The notes below the pieces were generated by a model. The model was not told the DNA's origin, ran no database searches, and worked only from the letters and a program-made list of their open reading frames with translations. Of a stretch of DNA of 64,000 nt, positions 10,589 to 20,201 are shown in pieces (position 1 is the stretch's first letter; the number at the start of each line of letters is the position of its first letter). The DNA is from an uncultured Dehalococcoidia bacterium (GTDB lineage Bacteria; Chloroflexota; Dehalococcoidia; Bin125): positions 122-64,121 of the forward strand of contig CAYFZI010000008.1 in assembly GCA_964347635.1 (NCBI GenBank), read 5' to 3'. Position numbers and translations under genes: made by a program.

Positions 10589-11748
10589 CAGTCGTCCCAG
10601 CCGATCGCGCTGAGAATCTGCTCGGTCGAGGCCGGCGGCGGCTCGCTGGGGTCGCCGCCGACGCGGGCCGGCGTCTCGGCGAGTTGATAGGGCGCGCCGG
10701 GCCCGGCCGCGGCGCCCCCGCCAAGCGGATAATCGGCCCACCAGCCGCGCGCTTTGAGCTGCGGATTCGCCGCGACCTCAGGGACCGACATCACCCAGCC
10801 GAACGGGTGGTGGCGCCGCTGCGCCTCGTGGAAGAACGGCTCGACTTCCTTCTCGGCGGCCCAGCGGCGCAGCACCTCCATGCTGCGCTCGATCATCAGC
10901 ACGAGATTCTCGGGCTCGGCGTACTTCGGGTCGAGCAGGTCGGCGTGCGCGTCCTCCTCGACGAGCCAGGCAAGCTGTTTCTGGAAGTCGGGCGTGGGCG
11001 TGACCATGATCGAGCCCCCGCGCGCCTGCATCACCTGGTAGGCGCGGCTCCAGTGCAGCGAGCCCTGGCGCGGCAGGAACGCACCCGCGCCGCCCGCGCC
11101 GAAGGGCAGCTGATCGCTGTGCCAGGCCCACATCAGCACGTGTTCGAGCACCGAGGCGATCGCCTCGTGCACGGCCAGCCGCACTACCTGCCCCCGGCCC
11201 GTCCCGCGCGCGCTGCGCAGCGCGGCCAGCGCGCCGATCGCGGCGTAGACGCCGGCGATGAAGGCGTACTGGTCGCCGAACAGCTTGAGCGGCGGCGTAT
11301 CGGCGGCGCCGCAGGTCGCGGCGATCCCGCCCAGCGCCTCGGCGACCAGCGCCGGCGCCTGGTAGTCGGCCCAAGGGCCGTCGGGGCCGAACGAGGAGAC
11401 ATCGACGATGACCAGCGCGGGGTTGGCGCTCAGCAGCTCATCGTGGGCGATTCCGGCCGCCTGCAGGCGCCCGCAGTCGAGCAGGATCTCGGCATGCACA
11501 GCCAGCGCCCGGATGGCCTCAGCGTCGGAGCGGGGGCGCGCGTGCTGCCGGCTGCTGGCGAAGAAGGCGTGCCAGAGCGACTGGCCGTTGTGCGTCGGCC
11601 CGCACCCGCGCAGCGGGTCGCCGCCGCTCGGCTCGAGGCGCAGGACCTGCGCGCCAAGATCGCCGAGCAGCTTGCCGGCGTAGATCGCGCGGTCGTCCGC
11701 GAGGTCCAGCACCCTGACCGCTTCCAGCGCAGCAGGCGTATCGGGCAT
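10588..11748 (-). CDS. CoA-transferase family III (CaiB/BaiF/Frc-like), paralog
   Basis: MPDTPAALEAVRVLDLADDRAIYAGKLLGDLGAQV... About 386 aa. Translationally coupled to the upstream paralog. Confidence 0.85.
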   Translation of the reverse strand: MPDTPAALEAVRVLDLADDRAIYAGKLLGDLGAQVLRLEPSGGDPLRGCGPTHNGQSLWHAFFASSRQHARPRSDAEAIRALAVHAEILLDCGRLQAAGIAHDELLSANPALVIVDVSSFGPDGPWADYQAPALVAEALGGIAATCGAADTPPLKLFGDQYAFIAGVYAAIGALAALRSARGTGRGQVVRLAVHEAIASVLEHVLMWAWHSDQLPFGAGGAGAFLPRQGSLHWSRAYQVMQARGGSIMVTPTPDFQKQLAWLVEEDAHADLLDPKYAEPENLVLMIERSMEVLRRWAAEKEVEPFFHEAQRRHHPFGWVMSVPEVAANPQLKARGWWADYPLGGGAAAGPGAPYQLAETPARVGGDPSEPPPASTEQILSAIGWDD

Positions 11749-11852
11749 AGCGGCCAGTCTAGGCGCGACGGCGCTCTGATACGATCCCGCGCGCATGGCA
11801 GGTGTTCGGCATGCACATGTCCGCATGCAGGTGTTGTGAAGGGGGCGCGCCG

Positions 11853-13040
11853 ATGGAGTTTCGCTTTTCCGATGAGGACGAGGCGTTTCGCGGCGAGGTC
11901 GTGCAGTTTCTCGAGTCCGAGCTGCCGCCCGGCTGGGCCGATCTGTCGGAAGGCCCGGCCGAGGAGGGCGCCGCCAACGAGGAGCGCTGGCGCTTCACAC
12001 GGCAGTTTCAGCGCTCGCTGGCCGAGCGCGGCTGGCTGACGCTGGGCTGGCCTGTCGAGCACGGCGGCGCCGGCGCCGGCCCGGTCCGCCAGGCAATGTT
12101 CAACGAGGCGATGGCGCACCACCGCGCCCCGGCCTACAACCAGGGCGTCGACCGCGTCGGGCCGACAATCATCATGTACGGCTCGGAGGCGCACAAAGAG
12201 TTCTTCCTGCCGGCGATCCGCAACGCCGAGATCAGCTGGTGCCAGGGCTTCAGCGAGCCCGGCTCGGGCTCCGATCTGGCCTCGCTGCAGACCCGCGCGG
12301 TGCGCGACGGCGACGACTTCATCATCAACGGACAGAAAATTTGGACCTCCGGCGCCCAGCACGCCGACTGGATCTTCTGCCTCGCCCGCACCGACCCGGA
12401 CGCGCCGAAGCACCGCGGCATCTCCTTCTTCCTGATCGATATGCGCACGCCGGGGATCACCGTGCGGCCGCTGGTCAACATGGCCAACCGCCACCACTTC
12501 AACGAGGTCTTCTTCGAAGACGTGCGCGTGCCCGCCGCGAACATGGTCGGCGAAGAGAACCGCGGCTGGTACGTCGCCGCGACGACGCTCGATTTTGAGC
12601 GCTCCGGCATCTCGCGCGTCGTCAGCGGCGTGCGCCTGCTCGGCGAGCTGACCGCGCTCGCCGCGCAGCCGGGCCCGGACGGCCGCCGCCCCGACGAGGA
12701 CATCCGTGTGCGCCGTCGGCTCGCCGATCTGCAGATCGAGTTCAACGTCGGCCGCTGGCTCGCCTACCGCGTCGCCTGGATGCAGTCGCAGGGCCTCGTG
12801 CCCAACCAGGAAGCCTCGATGAGCAAGCTGTTCGGCACCGCCGTCAATCAGCGCCTGGCCGGGATGATCAACATGCTCGGCCTGCACGGCCAGCTCGCCG
12901 GCGACGCCGAGCGCGCCCCCCTGCTGGGCCGCATGCCCGATGAGTACCTCAACGCCGTCCCCCTCACGATCGCCGCCGGCACCAGCGAAATCCAGCGCAA
13001 CATCATCGCCACCCGCGGCCTCGGCCTGCCGCGCGGCTAG
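11853..13040 (+). CDS. Acyl-CoA dehydrogenase
   Basis: MEFRFSDEDEAFRGEV... ACAD N-, middle and C-terminal domains are present, with the C-terminal TSEIQRNIIA motif. Confidence 0.85.
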   Translation: MEFRFSDEDEAFRGEVVQFLESELPPGWADLSEGPAEEGAANEERWRFTRQFQRSLAERGWLTLGWPVEHGGAGAGPVRQAMFNEAMAHHRAPAYNQGVDRVGPTIIMYGSEAHKEFFLPAIRNAEISWCQGFSEPGSGSDLASLQTRAVRDGDDFIINGQKIWTSGAQHADWIFCLARTDPDAPKHRGISFFLIDMRTPGITVRPLVNMANRHHFNEVFFEDVRVPAANMVGEENRGWYVAATTLDFERSGISRVVSGVRLLGELTALAAQPGPDGRRPDEDIRVRRRLADLQIEFNVGRWLAYRVAWMQSQGLVPNQEASMSKLFGTAVNQRLAGMINMLGLHGQLAGDAERAPLLGRMPDEYLNAVPLTIAAGTSEIQRNIIATRGLGLPRG

Positions 13041-13202
13041 CGCGGCGCAGCGGCCGAGGAGCTGAGCTGGCCAGCAAGCCGCCCTCACGACACGCACACG
13101 ACATGTAAGCCGCTGAACTGACCACTGGACAAGATATTATTTACAGTGCTATTCTGCGCCTAGCGCTGGGCACAAGGCCCGGCCGCAGACTAGGAGAGCC
13201 GA

Positions 13203-14369
13203 ATGGCCGTCACAGTCCGATCCGTCAACCGCACCCCGGTTCTGCGCGCACATGCAACGCGAATCCGCCAAGGCACGCGCGACGTGTACCACTTCGCCCT
13301 ACGGATGGCTCAGTTCGATGACGCGTTGCCGCTCGACGTCGACGCGCAGGTGATCAGAGACAACCGCCGCTTCATTCCGAGCCATGCGAAGGGGATCGAG
13401 GAGTATCTGGCAGACTCAGCTTCATGGGTCCTCGGGCCTGTCACGCTGAGCATCGATCCGCAGTTCGTCGAGTTCGAGCCTTATCAGGGTCAAGGCAAGG
13501 GCCACCTGCCAGAGATCGGTGAATTGCGGATCGTCGAAGGTGCAAGCGCTTCGCTGCGCATCATCGACGGGCAGCACCGCCGCCGTGCAATTCGAGATTT
13601 TCTCCGCAACGGACGGGAGAGCAATTCGGACCGGTTCAGAGCGTTCGAGCAGTCACAGATGCCAGTCGCTCTCTACACCGAAGCAGATACGCAGGCAATC
13701 CGACAGATGTTCGCGGACATGGCGCGGCAGCGAAACATGGATGCTGTCACACGGGCGCGCTTCGATCAGCGCGATCCCTTCAATCGCGCGGCGTACGATG
13801 TGAAGGAACAGAGCATCTGGCTCAAAGATTTCGTGGAGATGGACCGGTCAACTGTCAGCCGCGGCAGTGGAAAGCTCATCGCCTTCAATCAGCTTGCTGT
13901 CAACCTGAAAACGCTGCTCCATGGATATGGGGGGCGGGTGAGCCGAACTCGGCAGCAGGAGGCCGAACGCAGCTTCGACGAGCTGCTCGAACGCGGACTT
14001 CACTGGGTGGACGATTTTTTGCCCCGCGCCCGGCCCGAGTATCAGGAACTGGTCGACCTAGACCAGGATGACCCGGATTTCGTGCCCAACCAACGGAAGA
14101 AAACGTTCGCGTACAGCGGCACGATGCTTCGCATTCTTGCCGGCGCATACTACGAGTGGGGCAAGATGCACCCCGGAGCCGGAACTGACGCGCTGGAGCA
14201 GTTCGTCGCTGAGCTGAACTTCAAGACCAAGCAGCGCAGCACGCTCCTGTACAGCAGCGGCATGATCGATAATCAGGGGACGACGCTTCGGGGCGGCCGG
14301 CGCGAAATCGGGTTTGCGATCGATCGGATCGTTGAAGGCGCCGGTAAAGAGCTCAGCGACTTGGCCTGA
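13203..14369 (+). CDS. DGQHR-domain protein (DndB-like)
   Basis: IIDGQHRRRAI matches the DGQHR motif of the DndB / DpdB-like family. A strong SD (GGAGAG) sits 6 nt upstream. The gene and its upstream region look AT-richer than surrounding genes. Confidence 0.8.
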   Translation: MAVTVRSVNRTPVLRAHATRIRQGTRDVYHFALRMAQFDDALPLDVDAQVIRDNRRFIPSHAKGIEEYLADSASWVLGPVTLSIDPQFVEFEPYQGQGKGHLPEIGELRIVEGASASLRIIDGQHRRRAIRDFLRNGRESNSDRFRAFEQSQMPVALYTEADTQAIRQMFADMARQRNMDAVTRARFDQRDPFNRAAYDVKEQSIWLKDFVEMDRSTVSRGSGKLIAFNQLAVNLKTLLHGYGGRVSRTRQQEAERSFDELLERGLHWVDDFLPRARPEYQELVDLDQDDPDFVPNQRKKTFAYSGTMLRILAGAYYEWGKMHPGAGTDALEQFVAELNFKTKQRSTLLYSSGMIDNQGTTLRGGRREIGFAIDRIVEGAGKELSDLA

Positions 14370-14447
14370 GTGGCTCCGCAACGGGGCGCCGCAGTGGGCC
14401 GCACGGTCACCGCGGCGGGGTGCGCGAAGCGGCTAGGCGCTGCAGGC

Positions 14448-14690
14448 CTAGCCGCTTTGCGTGCGCACATACGCGTTCCCCAGCGCGCCCCAGCTGGCGA
14501 CTAGGAACGGCACGCAGTAGGTCAGCGGGATCTTCCAGGCCAGATCGCCTGCGATGTCGCCCGCGAACAGCGCGGGGCCCTGGTTGATCAGCGTCAGGAT
14601 GGTGCCCACCACGGCGCTGGTCAGGGCGCCGCGGCGCAGCATCCGGCGGTTGCGCAGCGCGCAGCGCCAGCACTCGAGGCGCGCGCCCAT
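14448..14690 (-). CDS. NrtS-family small membrane protein
   Basis: VVGTILTLINQGPALFAG...KIPLTYCVPFLVASWGALGN matches the NrtS pattern (VVGxLLxxINxG...LTYxVPxLV). The start is uncertain. Confidence 0.5.
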   Translation of the reverse strand: MGARLECWRCALRNRRMLRRGALTSAVVGTILTLINQGPALFAGDIAGDLAWKIPLTYCVPFLVASWGALGNAYVRTQSG

Positions 14691-14848
14691 GCGGAAGCGG
14701 CGGACCGCCTCTGACGCTCTATAGAGATGCGGGCAGATCGCGGCTGCATGCACCATACGCCCCGATTATCGCGGATCGTGCAGCGGGCCGGCGCCGCCCG
14801 CTCAAGCAGCATGGCCGGCGGCATCATGCGTCCTGCGGAGGGGAAGCG

Positions 14849-15163
14849 GTGATACAACCAAACTGGCCGGCTCTCGTGATCGCCCTGACGCTTGCGTCGG
14901 CCTTCTTCGGCGCCGCCGTCGGCGGCTATACACTTGCTCAGGCCGCGACAGCGATCGCGCTCGACATCGGCTCGCCGCTCGAAGCGCTGCGGGTTGGAGA
15001 GGCGGCCAAGACGGGCGCGATCACCGGCATCGTGCTGGGCGTATTCGCCGGCGCAGCCTTCGGCTATACCGCCGGCATCAGCATCGATCGCTGGCTCGCG
15101 CAGGCTGAATCTCAGCAGCCCCCGCCGCGAATCGAGCGCCCCGACGCCGCCGCCGACGAGTAG
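14849..15163 (+). CDS. Hypothetical small membrane protein
   Basis: 104 aa with two predicted TM helices. No family recognised. Confidence 0.35.
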   Translation: MIQPNWPALVIALTLASAFFGAAVGGYTLAQAATAIALDIGSPLEALRVGEAAKTGAITGIVLGVFAGAAFGYTAGISIDRWLAQAESQQPPPRIERPDAAADE

Positions 15164-15208
15164 ATAACGGCAGCCGGCCGTACCGAGGGGCCGTACTGAG
15201 GGGGAGGC

Positions 15209-15619
15209 GTGAAGCGCGGATTGAACATCTTCTTCGATGTCGACGGCTGCCTCGTCTCCTGGAACCTGCACCTGCGGCCCTACGCGCGCGAGGTGCTGGA
15301 GCGGCTGCAGGAGCGCGGCCACCATGTCTTCATGTGGTCCGGCTACGGCGCGCGCCGCGAAGTGGCCGACAAGCACGACCTCTGGCCGCTGCTCGCCGGC
15401 GTGATGGGCAAGCCCATCTTCCAATACCGGGAGCGGCTGCACCTGTTCACCGACACCGAGCCTGATTTCATCGTCGACGATCACCGCGAGATCGTCGAAG
15501 CCCTGGGCGGCGCTGTGATCCGCACGCCGCGTGAACCGCTGGCGGCGGACCGCGAGATGGTGCGCATCTACCGCCGCATCCTGGAGTTCGAGCGCGACTG
15601 GCGGGCGGGCTGGGCGTGA
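15209..15619 (+). CDS. HAD-like hydrolase (small, cap-less)
   Basis: IFFDVDGCLV matches HAD motif I (DxDG). 136 aa. Confidence 0.5.
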   Translation: MKRGLNIFFDVDGCLVSWNLHLRPYAREVLERLQERGHHVFMWSGYGARREVADKHDLWPLLAGVMGKPIFQYRERLHLFTDTEPDFIVDDHREIVEALGGAVIRTPREPLAADREMVRIYRRILEFERDWRAGWA

Positions 15620-15748
15620 GCTCATCCGAGCGCGGCGGGGCTTCCAGCGAAGCCGGCTGAGGAAGCGGGGCGGTTCACCGGCTTCAAGCGCCCGCCGCCT
15701 AGCTCGCAGGCGGCTGAGCGTGCGGCGGCATAGCGGCAGACCGCCGGA

Positions 15749-17641
15749 CTACTCAGATTCTTCCGCCTCCGCAGGCTCGGGCGGCGTGCGCTGCTCGGCC
15801 GGGTAGCCGGAGCTCTCGCTCGTGTCCAACCAGCTGGTCGCCAGATGCTGGGTCGACCAGGCGTAGGCGAGCGCGCGCGGATCGAGGTGCAGCCAGGGCT
15901 GCGAGACGCCCAGCTGCACGCCGTTGGCGAGGTTGTGGATCCAGGCGCTGCTGCTGAGCAGCAGCGCCTGCACCTGACGGCAGAGGTCGCGGCGGGCGTC
16001 GAGGTCGAAGGTGCTCTGCATCTGCTCGAGCAGACTGTCCAGCTGTGGGTCCGCCGGCCCGCCCCAGTTCTGCTCGCCTGCGGAGTGCAGCTGTTCGCGC
16101 CAACGGTCTGTCGGGTCCGGGCCGCTCGGCGTCTCGCCCCAACCGAGGAAGAGGAACCGCTCGCCCTCCTGCAGCTGCGACAGCGCGTCGGCGAACGGCC
16201 GAAACTCGAGCTCCAGCGTCAGCCCCGTCGCCTCCTGGATCTGGTCCCGCACAAATGGGCCGGCGCCGGGGAAGAAGCCTTCGAAGAGGTCGGCGGCGAT
16301 GAATGCCACAGGGGCGATCTGCGCCGCCCCCCCCGCGGCCGCAATCAGCTCGGCCGCCTGCGTGAGGTCGGCGCTGCGATCCGTGCGGTAGCCGGGGTAG
16401 CCGGCGAGCTGGTCGTCGGCCAGCGCCCAGTCCTCCAGATACCACGGCAGCGGCCCCGAGGGGCGGCCCTGGCCGGCGTAGAGCCGCTCGATCAGGCGGC
16501 GGCGGTCGACGGCGATCGAAAGCGCGCTGATCACGCGCGGGTCGCCCAGCGCCGCGCCGGGCTCGCTGTCGAGCGGCGCCAGCAGCTGCACCGGCGCATC
16601 GAGCGGCAGCTCGAAAGGTGTGTGCTCAGGGCGCTCCTCGCGCAGCGCCTCGACGGACTCGTTGGTCAGGGGGAAATCGGCGCGGTCGAGCCGCTCATCG
16701 ATGTAGGCGAAAATCAGGTCGTCGGTCGGCCCGCCGATAAAGCGGATCTCATCCGGCAAGATCTCCGCTTCGCCCCACCAGTTCTGGGAGCGGGCGAGCG
16801 TCAGCTCGAAGGATGGGTCGTACGCCGTCGGAATGTACGGGCCGCTGCCGGAGACCAGCGTGTGGTCGAACGGATCATCGAGCCAGGCAGGCGCGGAGTC
16901 CTCCAGCGCTTCGCTGCTGATGATCCAGGCGAAAGGCGAGGCGGCGACGCTGCCGAGGAACGGCGCGTCGGGCGCGCTGGTACGAAGCGTGAACGCACCG
17001 CCCTCGCCGGCCGAGAACACGGCGCGGTTCCAGGCGCGGCTGCGGAACAGGTACGGATCGGGATTGCCCTCGGCGTCCAGCCCCTGCTGCTGACGCTCGA
17101 TGTTGAGCCGGATGTCGTCGCTGCTCACGGCCCGCCCGTCGGTGGGCGCTTGATCCCAGAACGCGGCGCGCGGATCGAGCGAGAAGACGTAGGTGGCTGG
17201 GTCGGGCGTTTCGGGCAGGCCGCAGAGGTCGGCCCGCAGCTCGCCGGAGTAGGGGTCAGCCGGCTGCAGCAGGCGGCTGTAGACGAGGCTGTGGGCGCTC
17301 TGCGCGTACCGGTAGCGCGAGCGGTGCGGATCCCAGCTGTCGAAGCGCTCGATCGGCAGATAGCTGCGCAGCACCCCGCCGGGCGCCGGGCTGAGCGGCG
17401 CGGGCGGCTCGGCGGGCGCTTCCTGCTCGGGCGCCGGCGCTTCCGCCTCTGCGGCAGCGGGTTCTTCCTGCTGCTGCTGCTGCTCCGGCGGCGCTTCTTG
17501 CTGCTGCTGGGGCTGCTGCTGATCCTCAGCCGGCTCGGGCTGCTCCTCCGAGCTGCAGCCGACCAACGCGAGGGCGCTCGCGCCGACGCCCGCAGCGGCC
17601 GCGGCGTGCAGCAGACGGCGTCGGCTCAGCGTGCGTCGCAT
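15749..17641 (-). CDS. ABC transporter substrate-binding protein, family 5 (peptide/nickel), lipoprotein
   Basis: Tat-like RRRLL plus LALVGCSS lipobox. This is followed by a Q/E/P-rich low-complexity linker, then the family-5 SBP fold. Start chosen at MRRTLSRRRLL. Confidence 0.85.
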   Translation of the reverse strand: MRRTLSRRRLLHAAAAAGVGASALALVGCSSEEQPEPAEDQQQPQQQQEAPPEQQQQQEEPAAAEAEAPAPEQEAPAEPPAPLSPAPGGVLRSYLPIERFDSWDPHRSRYRYAQSAHSLVYSRLLQPADPYSGELRADLCGLPETPDPATYVFSLDPRAAFWDQAPTDGRAVSSDDIRLNIERQQQGLDAEGNPDPYLFRSRAWNRAVFSAGEGGAFTLRTSAPDAPFLGSVAASPFAWIISSEALEDSAPAWLDDPFDHTLVSGSGPYIPTAYDPSFELTLARSQNWWGEAEILPDEIRFIGGPTDDLIFAYIDERLDRADFPLTNESVEALREERPEHTPFELPLDAPVQLLAPLDSEPGAALGDPRVISALSIAVDRRRLIERLYAGQGRPSGPLPWYLEDWALADDQLAGYPGYRTDRSADLTQAAELIAAAGGAAQIAPVAFIAADLFEGFFPGAGPFVRDQIQEATGLTLELEFRPFADALSQLQEGERFLFLGWGETPSGPDPTDRWREQLHSAGEQNWGGPADPQLDSLLEQMQSTFDLDARRDLCRQVQALLLSSSAWIHNLANGVQLGVSQPWLHLDPRALAYAWSTQHLATSWLDTSESSGYPAEQRTPPEPAEAEESE

Positions 17642-17741
17642 GACAGCGAGCCTAATCGCCGCCCCGCCGATGGGGTAGCGCATGGGCAGCGCGGTTGCGA
17701 TACTGGCAGCCGTCAGGCCCGCTCACACAGGGGAGGACGCG

Positions 17742-18074
17742 ATGCCGCCGCTGGTTCCTTCGTTCATGATCCCGCAGTGGTTGAAGGACGCCCCGCCGCT
17801 GATTCAGATGGCGCTGCTCGCGCCGGGCATGGTCATCGGCGGCGTGGTCGGCGTGGTCGTGCACGCGATCCTGATCAACCTCGGCGCCGGCAATCAGCAT
17901 CTCAGCAGCGCCAACGGGGGGTTCGACGCCTGGCTGCTCTGGATCATCATCGCCGCCGGGCTCTTCCTCGGCCTCGCCGCGGGCGGATTCGTCTACATCG
18001 GGGTCGGCCTGGGAGCGGACGAAGAGCTCGAAGGCGAGGATGAGCACGGCGAGACCGGGATGCTGGAGCTGTAG
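17742..18074 (+). CDS. Hypothetical membrane protein
   Basis: MPPLVPSFMIPQWL..., two TM helices and an acidic C-terminus. No family recognised. Confidence 0.35.
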   Translation: MPPLVPSFMIPQWLKDAPPLIQMALLAPGMVIGGVVGVVVHAILINLGAGNQHLSSANGGFDAWLLWIIIAAGLFLGLAAGGFVYIGVGLGADEELEGEDEHGETGMLEL

Positions 18075-18165
18075 AGCCGCAGGCGCGGCCCGACGCGGCT
18101 CCGCAGCCGATTGCACAGCCGGCCCACAGCCAAAGGCGGCCGGAAACGGCACCGGCGAGCAGCGC

Positions 18166-18861
18166 TCAGCTCTGCAGTTCGGCGGCGAAGAACTCGGTCA
18201 AGCGGCTCCAGGCGTCCGCCGCCGCCTCCGCGTGGTAGACGCCCGGGTTGGTGTCGTTGAAGAAGCCGTGCTCGGCGTCCTCGTAGACATGCAGCTCGTG
18301 GCGGACATCGTGCGCTTCGAGCGCTGAGCGGATCGAGCCGACCGCGTCGGCGTTGACCCACTCGTCCTTACCCGCGAAGAAGCCCAAGACCGCAGCGGAA
18401 ATGCCCGCGGCCGCACCCATGCCCTCGCCGGGAATGCCGTAAAACGGCGCGGCGGCCGTCACCGCGGGGTTGTGCATCGCCAACAGCAGCGACATCCCGC
18501 CGCCGAGGCAGAAGCCGGTCACGCCGATCCGATCGGCGCGCACGTCGCTGCGCGCCTGCAGCGCGGCGACCGCGCCGCTCATGTCGAGCAGCGCCTGCGG
18601 CTCCTGCAGCGACATCATGATCTTCTCCGCCTCATCCGGCTCGGCGGTCAGCCGGCCGTGATAGAGGTCAGGCGCGAGCGCGACATAACCCTCAGCCGCG
18701 ATCCGATTGGCGATGTCGCAGATGTTCGGGTTGAGCCCCCACCACTCCTGGATCACCACCACGCCGGGGAAGGGCCCGCCTTCCGCCGGCTTCGCCAGAT
18801 AGCCCCCGGCGCTGCCGCCGTTGGCCGGGAAATCGATGTACTCGTAGGACAGGATCGCCAT
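18166..18861 (-). CDS. Dienelactone hydrolase family protein
   Basis: 231 aa. GFCLGG nucleophile elbow and a conserved His near the C-terminus. Confidence 0.85.
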   Translation of the reverse strand: MAILSYEYIDFPANGGSAGGYLAKPAEGGPFPGVVVIQEWWGLNPNICDIANRIAAEGYVALAPDLYHGRLTAEPDEAEKIMMSLQEPQALLDMSGAVAALQARSDVRADRIGVTGFCLGGGMSLLLAMHNPAVTAAAPFYGIPGEGMGAAAGISAAVLGFFAGKDEWVNADAVGSIRSALEAHDVRHELHVYEDAEHGFFNDTNPGVYHAEAAADAWSRLTEFFAAELQS

Positions 18862-18912
18862 TCGGCCCTCTCTCTGACGCTTGTCAGCTCTTGCTGGCTC
18901 TCTCCCGGCGGC

Positions 18913-19863
18913 CTAGCTCCTGGGCGCTTGGGCGGGCCAGAGGTTCTTCTGGCTGCCGAGGAACGACTGCGGGGCGGCCGCATCGAGCTCGTCCAGCGTC
19001 CACGACGCCCCCGCCGCATAGATCGCCGCCTCGACTTTGGGCAGCGAGTACATGCCAACCTCGTTGCCCCAGACTAAAAAGTCGCGCCCGTTGATGTTAG
19101 CCGCGGCGTCGGTGCAGAGCCAGACAACGAAGGGCGAGACGTTTTCGGGCGCCATCATCGCCTCGCGGTTGGCGCCGAATTCGATGTCGCCCGCGTCGCC
19201 GGCCGCGAGCCCGGCCTCGCGGGCGCGGCGCTGCGCCTCGGCCAGCTCTTCGGTCAGCGTCAGACGCGTGCCCGCGCGCGGACGGATCGAGTTCGCCGTC
19301 ACCCCGTAGCGCCCCAGATCGCGCGCCAGCGTGCGCGTGAGCCCCACGATCCCCTCCTTAGCCGCCGAGTAGTTGGCCTGGCCCATGTTGCCCAGCCCCG
19401 ACTCCGAGGAGGTGGTCACGATCCGCCCCGAGCGCTGCTGGCGGAAGACCTGGGCCGCAAACTTGGTGACCGTGAAATGCCCCTTGAGGTGCACGGCGAC
19501 GACCACATCCCATTCCTCTTCGGTCATATTGAAGACCATGCGGTCGCGCAGGATGCCGGCGTTGTTGACCAGGATGTCGAGCCGCCCGAACTCGTCCAGC
19601 GCTTGCTGCACCATCCGCTCGCCGGCGTCCATATCGGCGACCGAGTCGTAGTTGGCGGCGGCCGATCCGCCGGCCTCGCGGATCGCCGCGGCGACCTCGT
19701 CGGCCGGCCCGGCCTCGCCGTCGAGCTCGCCGCCGGCCCCGCCGCCGTAGTCGTTGACCACCACCGACGCGCCCTCCTCGGCGAGCAGCAGCGCGTGCCC
19801 GCGCCCAATCCCGCGCCCCGCCCCGGTCACGATCGCCACTCGCCCAGCCAGTCGGTCGCCCAT
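18913..19863 (-). CDS. SDR family oxidoreductase
   Basis: VAIVTGAGRGIGRG (TGxxxGIG) and YSAAK catalytic motif. Start at MGDRLAG. Confidence 0.85.
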   Translation of the reverse strand: MGDRLAGRVAIVTGAGRGIGRGHALLLAEEGASVVVNDYGGGAGGELDGEAGPADEVAAAIREAGGSAAANYDSVADMDAGERMVQQALDEFGRLDILVNNAGILRDRMVFNMTEEEWDVVVAVHLKGHFTVTKFAAQVFRQQRSGRIVTTSSESGLGNMGQANYSAAKEGIVGLTRTLARDLGRYGVTANSIRPRAGTRLTLTEELAEAQRRAREAGLAAGDAGDIEFGANREAMMAPENVSPFVVWLCTDAAANINGRDFLVWGNEVGMYSLPKVEAAIYAAGASWTLDELDAAAPQSFLGSQKNLWPAQAPRS

Positions 19864-20033
19864 CGTTGCCCTCCTCAGGCCAGCCATGATCTGTCCACGT
19901 TGCTGTGCGGCAGGATACAGGCAGGAGGCGCGGGCGGGATGTCGAGAGGGCGGCCGGCGGCGCTGCAGGTACTACAATGTGGAGCAGCATGCACCAGGAC
20001 CAGGTTCTCCGCGCTGCGGGAAAGAGGTGGGGC

Positions 20034-20198
20034 ATGGCCGTTGAGCCCCGAGCAGGGAAATCGACCAAGGGCGGCAAGTCGATCGAAAAGCCGCTCAAGA
20101 AAGCGGCGCGCTCGAGCCAACGGCCGTCGCTGCAAGAAGCTGTCGAGTACGTGTTCGCAGTGCACGGCGGCGTGCTGAGGGAGCTCGAAAAGCACTAA
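20034..20198 (+). CDS. Putative antitoxin (Phd-like partner of Doc)
   Basis: 54-aa ORF MAVEPRAGKSTKGG...VLRELEKH. SD AAGAGGTGG sits just upstream. Its stop is 4 nt before the Doc start. Family assignment is by context only. Confidence 0.45.
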   Translation: MAVEPRAGKSTKGGKSIEKPLKKAARSSQRPSLQEAVEYVFAVHGGVLRELEKH

Positions 20199-20201
20199 GC
20201 G

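Noticed and set aside
15845-18043. 732-aa plus-strand ORF
   Set aside because: Antisense to the family-5 SBP gene. The translation is low-complexity and Arg/Gly-rich. A GC artefact.
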